Shown: piece after piece, positions 22,159-34,256 of the stretch
How positions within the stretch are numbered: the stretch's first letter is position 1
How the letters are laid out: every line of letters begins with the position of its first letter
DNA from: Blasia pusilla
Lineage: Eukaryota
NCBI GenBank assembly: GCA_050084515.1
Contig: CM114271.1
Coordinates: forward strand, 40,672,001 to 40,736,000
DNA length: 64,000 nt
Direction: 5' to 3'
The notes under the pieces: generated by a model
What the model was told of the DNA's origin: nothing
Seen by the model: only the letters and a program-made list of their open reading frames with translations
Database searches by the model: none
Program-made: the position numbers and the translations under genes

Positions 22159-24150
22159 TTGCTCAAATTGCACAATCCTTAACAACTTTACTAGGGAAAG
22201 GACAAAATTGGAATTGGGGCACATCACAAGAGATTTCTTTTCAATTATTAAAGGATGCCTTGATCAAAGCCCCTATTTTGAAGTGGTATGATCCTAATCG
22301 ACCCATCAAGTTGGCCATAAATGCTTCAGGTACTAGCATTGGAGGAGTACTACAACAAGAAAGGGAGGATGGATGGCATCCTATTGCCTTCTTTTCTTGC
22401 AAGCTATTGCCAGCAGAGCAAAACTACCATACAACTGAGTGAGAAGAACTTGCTATTGAGTTAGCAACCAAGCATTGGAAACATTACTTGGGCGATAAGA
22501 AGTTTGTGGTGGAGACTGATCACCAGCCCTTGGTTTACTTAGAGTCCCAAAAGGAACTCTCCAAACGTCAAATTCGATGGGCAAAATAGCGACAATAATT
22601 CATGATGAAAATTGTCTATGTGGAAGGAAAGAAGCAGTTGGCAAATGCCTTGACTCGTATACCACAGATGAATAACACATCTGAAGTGGAGATTCACTCT
22701 AGTTGGTGGAAAAAGTTATCCAAAGCCACAAAGGAGGATGAAGAAATTGTTGTTGCTATTCATGCCAACAGAGTATACAAGACTCAAGGATTGGTTTTCC
22801 ATAAAGGTAAAGTATGGATCCCACAAGATCCACAATTACTCACTGAAGTATTATCTGAAGCTCACGACATAGTCATTGCGGATCATATGGGAGCTGAAAA
22901 AACCTTAGAGGGATTACAACGGGCATACTATTGGCCCAAAATGAGAGAAGATGTTGACGTATATGTAAGGAGTTGTAGGATTTGTCAATAAATCAAGGCT
23001 AGTAACACAAAACCAACAGGATTGCTGCAGCCGATCCCAATATCTCAAAAACGTTGGGAACAAGTCACTATGGATCTTGTTTGTGAGCTACCATGTACGA
23101 TCATGGGATATGACTCTATTGTGGTCTTTTTCGATAGACTAAGCAAGATGATACACCTTCGTCCGACCAAGAAGACTGTGACTGCACTAGAGTTGGCTAG
23201 GATCTACATCGAGACAGTCTTTGTCCATCATGGTCTTCCTAAAGTGCTTATCACTGATAGGGGAACCCATTTCACGAGTTTATTTTGGAAGGCTTTATTT
23301 GGGTTGCTCCAAACTAAACTAGCCATGTCTACGGCTTATCACCCTCAAACTGATGGACAAACTGAAAGGGCCAACCGTACCATTGAGGATATGCTACGCG
23401 CCTTAACATTGGAGGATCAACAAGGATGAGACTCATTGTTACCCTTAGTAGAGTTCTCATACAATAACTCTATGAACTCTTTCACTAAGACCACACTGTT
23501 CTTTTTAATGCATGGCAAGCATTCCTCAATTCCTTCTAGTCTCACTCGAATAGGGAAAAGTTTGAGGGAACCTACAAAGGTAGCTACACTTAATGAGTTT
23601 GTGGACCAGATTCAGAAAGGGGTTCAACTTGCTAAGGAGAAGTTGGCTATTGCCCAAAATCGACAAAAACAACATGCAGATGTTCATCGTCGAGATGTCA
23701 AGTTTTTTTAAGGGGACAAGGTTTGGTTAGCCACAACCAATTTATCATTAGTAGGAGTTTGTAAGCTTAATCCTTGCTATATTGGGCCTTTCACTATCTT
23801 ACAAAAAGTGGGCGCCGTGGCATATAAGCTAGACCTACCGATGCATATGAAAATCCATCCTATGTTTCATGTCTCTCTTCTTCGACCATTTATTCCACGC
23901 CCTAAAAGATTTAAGGATAATATTTTCACTCCACCACTAGCTTAAATAGTCGGAGATCTTGAAGAATTTGAAGTGGAATGTATCTTGAAGAAATGCACTC
24001 GAGGAGCTCATCACCAAAGAGTTGAATATTTGGTCCAATGGAAAGGATATCCACTATTTGAGGTCACATGGGAACCCTCATCCAACTTGGAAAACGCACC
24101 ATTAATAGTGGAAGAGTTTGAAAGTTCTCACAACGAGGACGTTGGGTCTT
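22159..24150 (+). pseudogene. Chromovirus RT connection, RNase H, integrase and chromodomain
   Basis: INASGTSIGGVLQQ...PIAFFS; HMGAEKT...YYWPKM...CRICQ; ITDRGTHF; HPQTDGQTERANR; chromodomain EEFEVECIL...EYLVQWKGY...TWEP..NL at ~23960-24120. Confidence 0.93.
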
Positions 24151-24165
24151 AAATAGGGGGAGGTT

Positions 24166-24519
24166 TGTAACCATCCTCTATTAGTCATAGTTAAGTTAGA
24201 ATCTATGACATGAAGCGCATAAGTGGGAAAGAATCAATCAAAAAGAGAAAAAGACAAGATACATGAGATAAAGATGAGAGTGGGACCATAGGTTGGTGAA
24301 AAGGAAGATAAGGATGAGGTTGAAGAAGATCACGTTGGGACATTAGAATCCAAAGGAGATTCTCTCATGCTATGAGAGTAGGACATGTGACATAAGGATA
24401 GGTAGAGTTAATTTGTCTTCATTGTACCTATCTCTAAGTATATAAAGGAAGAGGAGAGGTCTTGAGAGCATTCTACCTTTGAGCAACTCTAGAGTGGTTC
24501 CGTGAGTTGGAGAGTTACA
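24166..24519 (+). repeat. 3' LTR of chromovirus
   Basis: TGTAACC...GAGTTACA, preceded by PPT AAATAGGGGGAGG. Confidence 0.93.
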
Positions 24520-24799
24520 CTATGATGCAATCCCGTCTCGGATAATAGAACTCTCATCTCCATGTGCAGTACCCGGAACCACGCTCGATGCTGTGGCTAT
24601 CATCTCAAGAAGTCCAAGGGTGTACCTGCAAAACATCCCAAGAAGTCCAAGGGTGTCTTTCTCGATCACCCTTGGTATGTCAATCTCCTCAAGTCTCGCC
24701 CCCATCGGCTAACTCAATTGCCTCGGTAGGCATGGGGCTCACCAACACAACAACTGTGATCTATTGCGTCTTCAAACGACGCTGCTCAACTATTCCTAA

Positions 24800-25760
24800 C
24801 CTGAAAATCCATGTCAAGCACTTCAGATCGATTGCCTGAGCCAAGATATGACGTCGTGATGCCTCTGATAGTGACGGTACTGCCGTCACTCTTGTGGGGA
24901 ATCCCATCACTCGCTCTCACTCATCGACATTGGGCTCCACCAACCTCTATACTTGGTCATCCCAAACCAAGCTAGGTCCGGCCTCCTTGAATGCATAGGA
25001 AGCAAGAAAACTCAGCCGTGTGGGAAAGGCTGCCCGTGGCCTGCCAATTCTGTTGATCACAGTCAACGGCGGTCGATCATCTAGCCTCACTGCCTGGGAT
25101 CGACGGCCTAGATCCAATATAGAATCCACCAACAAATCGGAGGGGCGCTCTACTCTTGCATATGCCCTCCGTAACACCTTGTGTGGTACCAAGATGGTCC
25201 ACCAAAGATGTGGGCGATGTGCTCGTGAACCCCCACTCGCCGCATCTAACAACACTATCGGGCCGATCCATGTGCCTCATGTGCACTCGTCACCACGCGG
25301 GACCTCGAATTGCCCAAAATTGGCACATTCTCCAAAATGTATGGTGGAGAACGAGGCTGATGCTCCTGTAAATGTCGCAAGATCCGCATCATCTCCCAAA
25401 ACAACATGGACCGAGTGTCAACTAACCCGCTACCTCGTCCAACACTCGATTGGCCCTAACACGGCCAACCAGCAATGACCAAGTCTATGGTCCCTACCTG
25501 CTCCAAGTCCTACGCCCCCAACAATGAAATGTCCCTTGGTAGGGAACTTTGGTAATCCTGAATGGCGGACGCAGACAAAAAGTCAGGAAAATGAAGGCGT
25601 AATAGCACCACATGGTGAAGTGAAGCGCGCCATGCAACATCATCAATCTCCACATACAGGTATTGCTGCACACGCACTCCAGTGTGCAAAAACGGCTAAC
25701 CCAATGTTGATCCCTCCAAAGAGATCCAACACCCGAATACCCTTCTCTGGGATGCACCAC
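24800..25760 (-). pseudogene. DNMT3-like C5 cytosine methyltransferase domain within family-1 Pol
   Basis: KGIRVLDLFGGINIG (I); IDLVIAGWPC*G (IV, 25459-25470); ILENVP (VI, 25324-25332); LLDAASGGSRAHRPHLWWT (VIII); ERVMGFPT...SRRHILAQAIDL (IX/X). Confidence 0.9.
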
Positions 25761-28700
25761 ACAATCGAGGTGGTGTCCAAAGGGGTTATAGCAACATTCC
25801 TGCCTACTTGGGGTTCCTCTGACCCGTCATTCTCGGGTGCAAGCTTCTCGGTCCACGCAGTCTGCACATACATAGTGGCTAAGCGTCAAAGCTTCTCAAT
25901 CGAGACCCAAAGAGGCACCTCTCCTCCACAGACTGATGCGGCTACCATGACACTCCTCTCCATAGAAATGTCAAGAACAGGAGTATCCTCTGCATGGACA
26001 TGTCCCTCAATCAAATCACTAGGCCAAGTGATGGCAGTGCTAAATGCTGCTAAGGTCACCATCTCTCTTGGCCGTCGCTCGATCACTGCACCTGTGAATC
26101 AAACGAGTAATGAGCTAAGGCGCCCATCACCTAACTGCCATCCTGGTCTGTAGGACGCTGACTCCTTCGAGTAATCCAAGGAAAACCCCATCGGGTATAA
26201 CACTACTCCACCAACCAACACGTCGTAGGACTCTGCATCAGTCACTATCGCCTTGGCTCGCACCACGGACTCATCTGTAGGATGTCCCGGGAAAATCCTC
26301 ACCACGACCTCATGTCAGGTGATATACTATGTGGTACTCGCTCCACCCAAGGATGTCTATATCCAAAATGGACAACGCTCCACATCGGCTCTCGTCAAGC
26401 CCAATCCTCTGAATGACGCTTTCCCCAACATCAGGGGTTGCGCTCCTGAATCCAACAAGACGCATTGCGGACTAAAAGCTCTACCTCCAGGACTCACCAA
26501 CTAGAAGACCTCTCCTCGGTTATCCAACAACACAACACCAGGAGAAACCATGGCACGCTGTATTTTGGGTCTAGCAGGCATCTCCGCCATCCTACCAGCC
26601 GCAACCTGTCATGAATCTGGCGTGGACGGCCCTAGCATCCGCTCCAAGGATAAGTCCATCACCTCCTCTACAATCACCTCTGAACGTGATACAAGAACTC
26701 CAACTCCACGCTCACATAGCGTAGCGGCCAGCCAAAAAACCTCGGCGGGCGTACCTCCCAACGTCATAACATCGAAAGCAGAAAATAAAGGAGCACGGTA
26801 CACAACAGTGGCCACCCCCAACAACTTGCTCGACACATGCCCGTCCTGAGCATCAGCAATAGAAGTCGTCGCACTCGCTTCTCCCATCGCCCTTCGTGCG
26901 TGCACACCAACAACATTATCAACTCTCCAGGAACTCTGATTAGGACCCATCGATGGGGTCCTCATCGCGTCGGACAATGTGAAAGATTGAGGAAGCCTAG
27001 TCTGTTTCCTAGCTTCTCCTTGCTGTGGATCCAACTCTACGGTTGCTCCACGCGTCACAACTACGGCAGCCTCCATCTGGGCAACCCCGCACATCCAACC
27101 AGGATCCTGCATATATCTATGGCTGATGTCAATGCCATGGATCTGGCATCGGGTAATCTCAATGCCATAGCAGAAATCTGCTTCTGTAGTTGATGTATAT
27201 GAGCAGCCATCCTAGCCTACCGCTCGGCGTCTCCCTCTATGCGTCTAGGTGGTGGGACTCTACCTCCTCCACGGGCAGCTCCACCACCCTGTCAGGAAAC
27301 TCCAGCTTCTCGTCCCCCAACGGGACCACCTGGTGCACGATCTCTAGGCCCACCCAGACCGGCTACTTGCTTTGGTGCCCTCTCTGGCCCTCGGTCCAGA
27401 TGTAACTAAGGATGTAAATTGAAACACCTAGCGCGTGTATGACCATAACTCTGATAATAGTCACACTGATAACCTCTTGGTGTAGCACCATCTCCTCCTC
27501 CATGCTGAGGAAAACGTCCATGAACCTGACGAGTGCAATCGCGTTGATGATGGGCTCCACCACATAACCAACAAGTAATGGTAGGCGGCTGCTGTTGAGC
27601 CGTATATGAAGGCGCAAGTCTCTGTGGCACCGCCTCTCGATATCCTCCATGAGCTCGTGGTGCCACAGTTGACCTATCTCGGAGTCCACGTTGCTGCACA
27701 GGTGGTGCAGACAATCGTGATTGCTCTCGCCCAGAACCCATGGTGGCTACGCTCTCCTCTGCCATGTTGCCCTCAATGTTCTCAGCGGTCCTAAAAGCAT
27801 CTTTCAACGTAGGGGAGGTGTTCATAAGAAGCACCCATGTCCACAGGGTCTGGTCGAGCATCGCGTACCATGATTGGATAGCGTGAGTCTCTATAGAGGC
27901 ATTGATAAACCGGCGCAGGCGAGTGTAAGCCTCACGCAAACTCTCACCCGGGCGCCTCTAGAAGTCGTGGATGCTTCGCAACTTCTTCGTCCGTACCCCT
28001 TGGTAGCTCGCCCTTAACTCAACAAAGAACTCAACCACGGGGTTGAACCTAGGACGAACCCGACTAGATGGTGCAACTGCTCCAGTGCGAGTGACCCCTC
28101 CTAAAACATCACTAGTGGAAGAGGAAGTAGCCTCTCCTGACTCCTCCTCCTCATCTGGGAATGGCTCTGTCCATTACACATAGTGTGGGTCATAGTAGAG
28201 TCGCCATACCTCAATCTCTTGTGCATATTTGTAGGAGAACTTATGGTAATCATCCATGGGCGCCCCCTCTAAATGCTCGAACATACCATTCCATGCTGTA
28301 ACTGGGTTGAACTCTCTAGAGTTCCTAGCCCATTGTGAATCATGCCAACTCCTAAACTCCGCAATGAAGTCATGTACCTCTATGGTGCCTATAGCACCCG
28401 AAAACCTACGCAGTCCTCTACCCCGATCGTCCATCTTGTATGCCTAACTAGTAGGACCACTCAATGTGTACGGTGGATCACTAAAACAATAATTCTCTAC
28501 ACGCTCCCCCTTGTCTGAAGACGACACCAAAGGAGATCAAGGTGGTCTCTCACGCGGAGACCCTCGAAACCTCGTACCACTCCGGGTAAACCCTCCAGAG
28601 CTACTCTCAAGTCCACTAACTCGCCTCTCAAAATCCCGAAAGGACGCCGTAATGGCCCTTGTGCCCCTCTCACACGATCACTCTCAATCTTGTGAGTAAT

Positions 28701-30127
28701 CCCTCAATCACTCAACCTAAACATGCGGCACTCAATCTACACTCTCTCACCGAGATATGTGTTGTGCGGCAACAAGCAGCGTGGTACGGAAAATCAACCG
28801 ATCTATCGTCTCATCGACAAACCATCCTCAACTTTGGACATCCCACATAGGTCTATGTCCCCTAAACCCATACGTCATCGATGCTCCTAGCATCAGCATA
28901 AAATCCAATATCCCAAATAACTTCCCAATATCCAGAAACCCCTCATCGTGCAGGGTAAGAGACCAGAATGGGTAATCTGACAACAATGTCGATGTCGCTC
29001 CTCGGCAACCGCAAATCTCGACCCCAACTCGGTCGTGAAGATAACTCCTCCAATCAGCAAGTCGTACTCCTCTCGTACTGACGCTGCTCAAACCTCCTCA
29101 ATGTGCGGTGCAGATCCAGCGGTCCGGTGTGGCATTGTCGGCAAGGAATGACTACAAACCGCATGGCACTCGGGAATGGGGTGCGGCACTCGGAGGCATA
29201 CCCTCCTCAATCAGCAATTCACACGCTCTGCTCCTTAGTGAAGGAGCGGTTCCGCGATCAAGACAGTGCGGTGTGGCCACGAGCGGCACGTTGCAGCTAC
29301 GGGCGTCACGGCATGGTACTCGATCATCATCGAGCGGCTACCAATCCCAACATAGGAACATGAAATGAAACCTCAAACACCATAACCCGATGTCACCTGC
29401 CATCATAGGTTCATGACAAAACTACGATGACGGTGGCGGCCAAACCAAAATACGTGGTGGCCGCGTAAGTCAGAGAATCAATGGTGGTCATGGAAGACTC
29501 TCCACTCCGTAATGGCGGCAATGGCAACCAAAGGGTGGACAATGGCCGAACGCGGCTCTGAGCAGCGCTAGGCAGCTGGTTTAGGGTTTGAACAATTTAA
29601 CCCTAAAAATCACCTAGCATGGCATTTTTGCAAGATTGACCATAACTTTTTTCTCGCAACTCCAAATTGTGCATCATTAGTTGCATAGCGTGTACAGCTT
29701 CATGATCTACGAGAGTGTTAAAAAAAATATTTGAATCGGAAATTCCAGTAAAAATAGACAGGAACTGTCGTAAAGTCCAATGTCTCTTTCTCCTACACAA
29801 AATTCAGCAGCGCCTCCGCGCTGATTTCTCCCAACGAAAATGTAAAACATACGAGAACACAAAACAACAAGCTACATGGTACTCCCAAGAGCACCGGCAT
29901 GGTGCAACCCGCTCCCATACTCAATCCCTATCAAAAATTGGGCAGCACTTCCACGCGCCACTCTTCCACACGAAAAATCGGAAAAAGAAACATCACAAAT
30001 AAGCGGCTCTTGCTTTGGTGAGCACTCCCATGAACCGCTGAACAGGGAATACAATCCCCAACCTACAAAACCAGCGAGTGACTAGCGAACTCCCCCATGA
30101 AGCTCTCTCACTCACTCATTCTCTCTT

Positions 30128-30469
30128 TGTAAAATAAGATCTAATCTCTCTCACAACACCATAGTTCTCACATGTGTGCACTCTCATATGTCTCTCTCAA
30201 TGTCAAACCAAACCCATTCTCCTAATGAGAAGTTTGGGTTAGACACACAAGGCAAGCAAGACCATAGCTCCGCCGCCTCGTGCTAAGAGGTTCAACAAAG
30301 AGAGAATGAGCTCTCAAGCTCTCTCTCCTTGAGGTGTACCCCTCCCCTCTCCCAAGCTCTCTCCATGGTAACCTATGCTCCCAAGTTACCTCCTTGGCTC
30401 TTGACCTCATATAGGAGGTCAAGGGTCACGTACCAAAAATAGAAAGTCAATCATATACTCAAAATGACA
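30128..30469 (-). repeat. Repeat A1 (5' LTR core) of family-1 element
   Basis: TGTCATTTTG...TTTTACA on the minus strand; a homologous inverted copy lies at 30653-30669 + 31973-32296. Confidence 0.85.
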
Positions 30470-30652
30470 CTTACCTAGAATGGCACTCTACTAGATCTCA
30501 CCGATCTTATAGAGCGCCTTCTTGAGTAGTGGAGGACACGCTCAGGAGGTCAAGGATGACCTGTTGAGGCCTCAGGAAACCTGAGAGAGCAGGTTTCCCC
30601 TTCGTTTTGGCTCATTTGGAGCCATATTGAGGAACTTACTATTTTAGGTAAG

Positions 30653-32420
30653 TACCATTTTGAGTATATTGTAATGTATAAAAAGTTTACAATTTGATCT
30701 TTTTACAATAATTTAATGAGTTGGATCCCCAAGAGAATCACGATTATGTGGAAAGAGAGTTCAAGAAAGCATTTATCTTGTAATAGTTGTAGTTAAGTGT
30801 TTACAATTCAGATTCAATCACTTATCAGTGTATTCTTCTCTCTCTTAGTACGAAGATTTCGTTCCTCGATTCTCTCTAGTGGAATTGAATTCACGCTTAG
30901 GAAGATCTTCACTCAACATCAAAGAACCTCACAGAGATCTCAACAAGAAGCTGGCTTCTCCTACTTTTGGAACTCAATCCGTCTAGGCAGGCTACTCTCT
31001 GTCGAACAGATTTCTTACAACTCCGCGTTGATTATTCTAATGATGGAAGTATTCTCCTGATTCACTCTTCACTTTGCAGATCCAATAAGAATTCTCAGAC
31101 ATAGGCATTGCACATCAGAATGAAGAAATGAGTGCTTTACTACTCCATCAAGAATGAGAAAGCTTCAAAATATTATACAAGCTCGAGAGGGTACTACTCC
31201 CTTGCTCGGACCATTCCTACAGCATAAGGACTTCGTGAAAGAATGATGAGGATAGCTACTTTCATGCTTCTTAAATATCTTCTGAGGCAGTAGTAGGTCC
31301 AAAGATCTCAAGCGTCTCTTACAAATCTATTGTCTATTGAGAGTTTGTAACTATTTTGATCTACGGTTCTTTTATCTTTTCCTATGATCGCTATAAATCC
31401 ACTGGGCGTAACGGTCCTAACTTCCTATCTGGTCCAAAAAATCACGCCTCTTCTTAGCCTAACTACTCTAACGGTGTGCTACTTCAAATCACTTCGAGTC
31501 TTAGCTTCATTTCACTGCTAAGTCTCGACTTCTTCTTCTTCCCTTGAGGACAAAGCTCTTCTTGAGGACGGAGCGTTGCATTCTTCGCTCTTGTTCTAGG
31601 TGCTTTATCTTCGTGCTTTCGCTGAAGAGCGATGTACTTCTTCCTCTTCGTCTTCATCATGCTTTGTTCAAGAGCGAAGCACTTCATAAAAAAGTTCTTA
31701 ATAAGGCTTTGTTGTCTTTTTCAAGCTTCGCTCTTAGTCTTTAGACTTCGTTTCTGCATTTCCACCTCCTCTAAGGCAAATCCTTGATTTTCCACCTCTC
31801 TACCTTGTCCTAGGAGTTTTATGATCCATTTCAATATTACTCATTCTTCCAATTCACAAACATAATATCTAAAACAGTCTTGTATATACAACCTTCACTT
31901 CATAGAATCTGTATTCCTTGAATCAAAATGTATAAATCTCTAAAAGTACAAAATTATGGGTATCACATATATGGTCGACTTTCTATTTTTGGTAAGTGGT
32001 CTTTGACCTCCTATAATAGGTCAAGAGCCAAGGAGGTGACTTGGAAGCATAGGTTACCATGGAGAGAGCTTGGGGGAGGGGAGGGGTATACCTCAAGGAG
32101 AGGGAGCTTGAGAGTTCATTCTCTCTTTGTTGAACCTCTTGGCACGAGGCAGCGGAGCTATGGTCCCTTGCCTTGTGAGTGTAACCCAAGCCTCTCATTA
32201 GGAGAGTGGGTTTGGTTTGACATTGAGAGAGACATGTGAGAGTGCACATATGTGAAAACTATGGTATTGTGAGAGAGATTTGATCTTATTTTATTAGAGA
32301 TATTTTGGTACTTCTTGTCTCGTTGTTTGGATACCATGAGTTAGCATGGGATTGTGTGTGTTTGTGTGTGTGTTCGGTGACAACGCTATATGTTGTGTAG
32401 CGATGTGTATGCGTATGACA
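30653..32420 (+). mobile_element. Solo A-B terminal remnant of a family-1 element, interrupted by a solo LTR
   Basis: A = 30653-30669 + 31973-32296. It is followed by ~120 bp ending CGTATGACA that resembles family-2 repeat B. Confidence 0.78.
30670..31967. mobile_element. Probable solo LTR (1298 bp) of an unrelated LTR retrotransposon
   Basis: TG...CA ends with perfect 5-bp TSD TATAT (30665-30669 and 31968-31972), cleanly splitting the family-1 repeat A. Confidence 0.8.
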
Positions 32421-32915
32421 TGTTTGAAAATTAATTATGGGAGTTAATTTAAATCCAAAACCATACTTGAAAATCTTAAGAATTAATTATGGGAAGTTAT
32501 TAGGAACCCTACAAGTATGAGTGGTTTTTTTATATAGATTATCTAACACATCATCTATGGTTTGTGTGAATATGCACCATAGATTAAAGAATCGTTTCGA
32601 GATAATTTTTTGTAATCCGTGAGAAGTTATTGGATTCGTATGACCTTAATTATTAGATTCGTTTGACAATACTTATTGGATTCATGGAACCTTACTTATT
32701 AGGTTGTTGTGACCTTAATTGAAGATTCGTGTGAACTTGAATTGGATTAAACATTTTTTCACCTCCATATGAATCCCATCCTAGAAAAAGGGTTAAAATT
32801 AGAGGCTTACATAAAGATGAAAAAAAGACATTAAAAAACCCTTTGAGAAAGGGCACCATAACCAAGGCATCCGGAACTTGATGTAATCTAACCTGCATTT
32901 GAGTGGCCCTAATAC

Positions 32916-33271
32916 GGGGTGTCAAAGATCACCCTAGCTCGGGTAGTGGGTTAATGCGGAAGTGTTAAAGCAAGAATCTGCCACCAATTGCAAGAAGGAG
33001 GTTGCTTTCAAGCTTCCCGTTTTGGCGCTCCCAAGGAGGTCGTGAAGTGTCCGCTCTGAATTTCCCCAATAATTTGACTTAGGTTTAGTCCGGTATTTTG
33101 ACTTTTGTTTACTACCTTCTTGGTGAAAGGAAGGAGATACAAATTTTTTTCTGGGGCCCTTGCTATGTGGGTTGTCGTAAAATTTCCTCTTCAGGAAACG
33201 GTTGCATGACATGGTCGTAGTCTTGGACCTTATACCAAGATGATCTTAGATAGGGTGGTCTTTGACACCCC
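32916..33271. mobile_element. MITE with 21-bp TIR (GGGGTGTCAAAGAYCACCCTA) and 6-bp TSD
   Basis: TIRs at 32916-32936 and 33251-33271 (20/21 match); TAATAC at 32910-32915 and 33272-33277. Confidence 0.85.
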
Positions 33272-33334
33272 TAATACAATTCCCCTAACTCCAAAAGCTT
33301 CCCAAAACCTTGACATGTTGAAATAAGAGGTCTC

Positions 33335-33790
33335 AATAAAAAGCGAATGATGGAAAACCCATCCGGAATTAAAGAAAAGGGGGGACTCAAAGAGTTATTT
33401 ACGTGAAGGCCACAACCGGCCTAGAAACCGAAAAGGGGGCACGCCCCCTTTCGACTAAACTCACCAACTACAAAGACAATATCAGCAATACCTAAAGAGA
33501 TGTGACTACCACTAAGTGGTCCTCTAGCACTGGTTTCTCCCACCGCCTGAGTCCGCCGTAAAAGCCTATTGATTTGGACACGCTGCAAAGCTATGGAAAC
33601 CCCGTTGCCTACAATAGAAAATCACAGTACTTAATGACAACCTATTTATCGACACGAAAAGATGGACCCAATCTATAAGGAAAGAGTCAAATCTCTTCCC
33701 CATATCCCCACACATCTCTATGGCTAGAGGAACCGAGTAGATGCCCATTTAAGGAAGGGTCTTCTTCACCGCCGATCCTTGCAGCAATCT
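33335..33790 (-). mobile_element. 3' fragment of the CRE-like non-LTR retroelement
   Basis: PLAIEMCGDMGKRFD...YCRQR plus a 3' UTR homologous to ~61060-61475. Confidence 0.82.
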
Positions 33791-34256
33791 CCTTTGTGTT
33801 ACTATCACTCGACCAACTAACTTGTACCAATCTCCAAGTAAACTAGGAACCTTTCGGCGGTGCTTTGAGTGGCCCTAATAGCCGCTCGCCGAGGAAATCC
33901 TTCGTCCGTGAATCGGGGAGGGCGGGAAACTGTGAGAAACGACGAGTTCGGGCTGCCAGTGGACCGATCCTCTGCGTCTCCGCTCTCGCGCTCGCTCTCG
34001 TGCCTCTGCGTGTGTGCTCTCGTTCTCTTGCTCCTCCTCCATGCGCTGCCCTCGTCAAACGTTTCGGGGAATCGGTGCCCCTCTCGTTTGCGTGGCGTTG
34101 TCTGTGTCAGGCGTGGGTTTGGTGGAGCGAAGAGGTGGTGGATTCGGAGGCCAGAGTAGACAGGCAGAATCCTTGTGGAGTGCAAACAGTGGCCGAGTTG
34201 GAGACGATTAGTTTCTAGGCGGATTGGATCGGACCTGAGTGAGCTGCGGAATTCAC

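Larger units (their letters stand above)
798..24519 (+). mobile_element. Chromovirus-type Ty3/gypsy LTR retrotransposon, degenerate, internally inverted, with nested insertions
   Basis: 354-bp LTR pair at 798-1151 and 24166-24519, tRNA-Met PBS, PPT at ~24151-24163, and gag/PR/RT/RH/INT/chromodomain remnants. TSD is ambiguous (CTACG 795-799 vs CTATG 24520-24524). Confidence 0.9.
24520..30469 (-). mobile_element. Ty3/gypsy family-1 element, 5' half: repeat A, leader, gag, PR, DNMT
   Basis: Repeat at 30128-30469 starting TGTCAT; gag 27406-28434 with CWLCGGAHHQRDC knuckle; protease VLLDSGAQPL at ~26430-26460; DNMT at 24800-25760; collinear with family 2. Confidence 0.88.
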
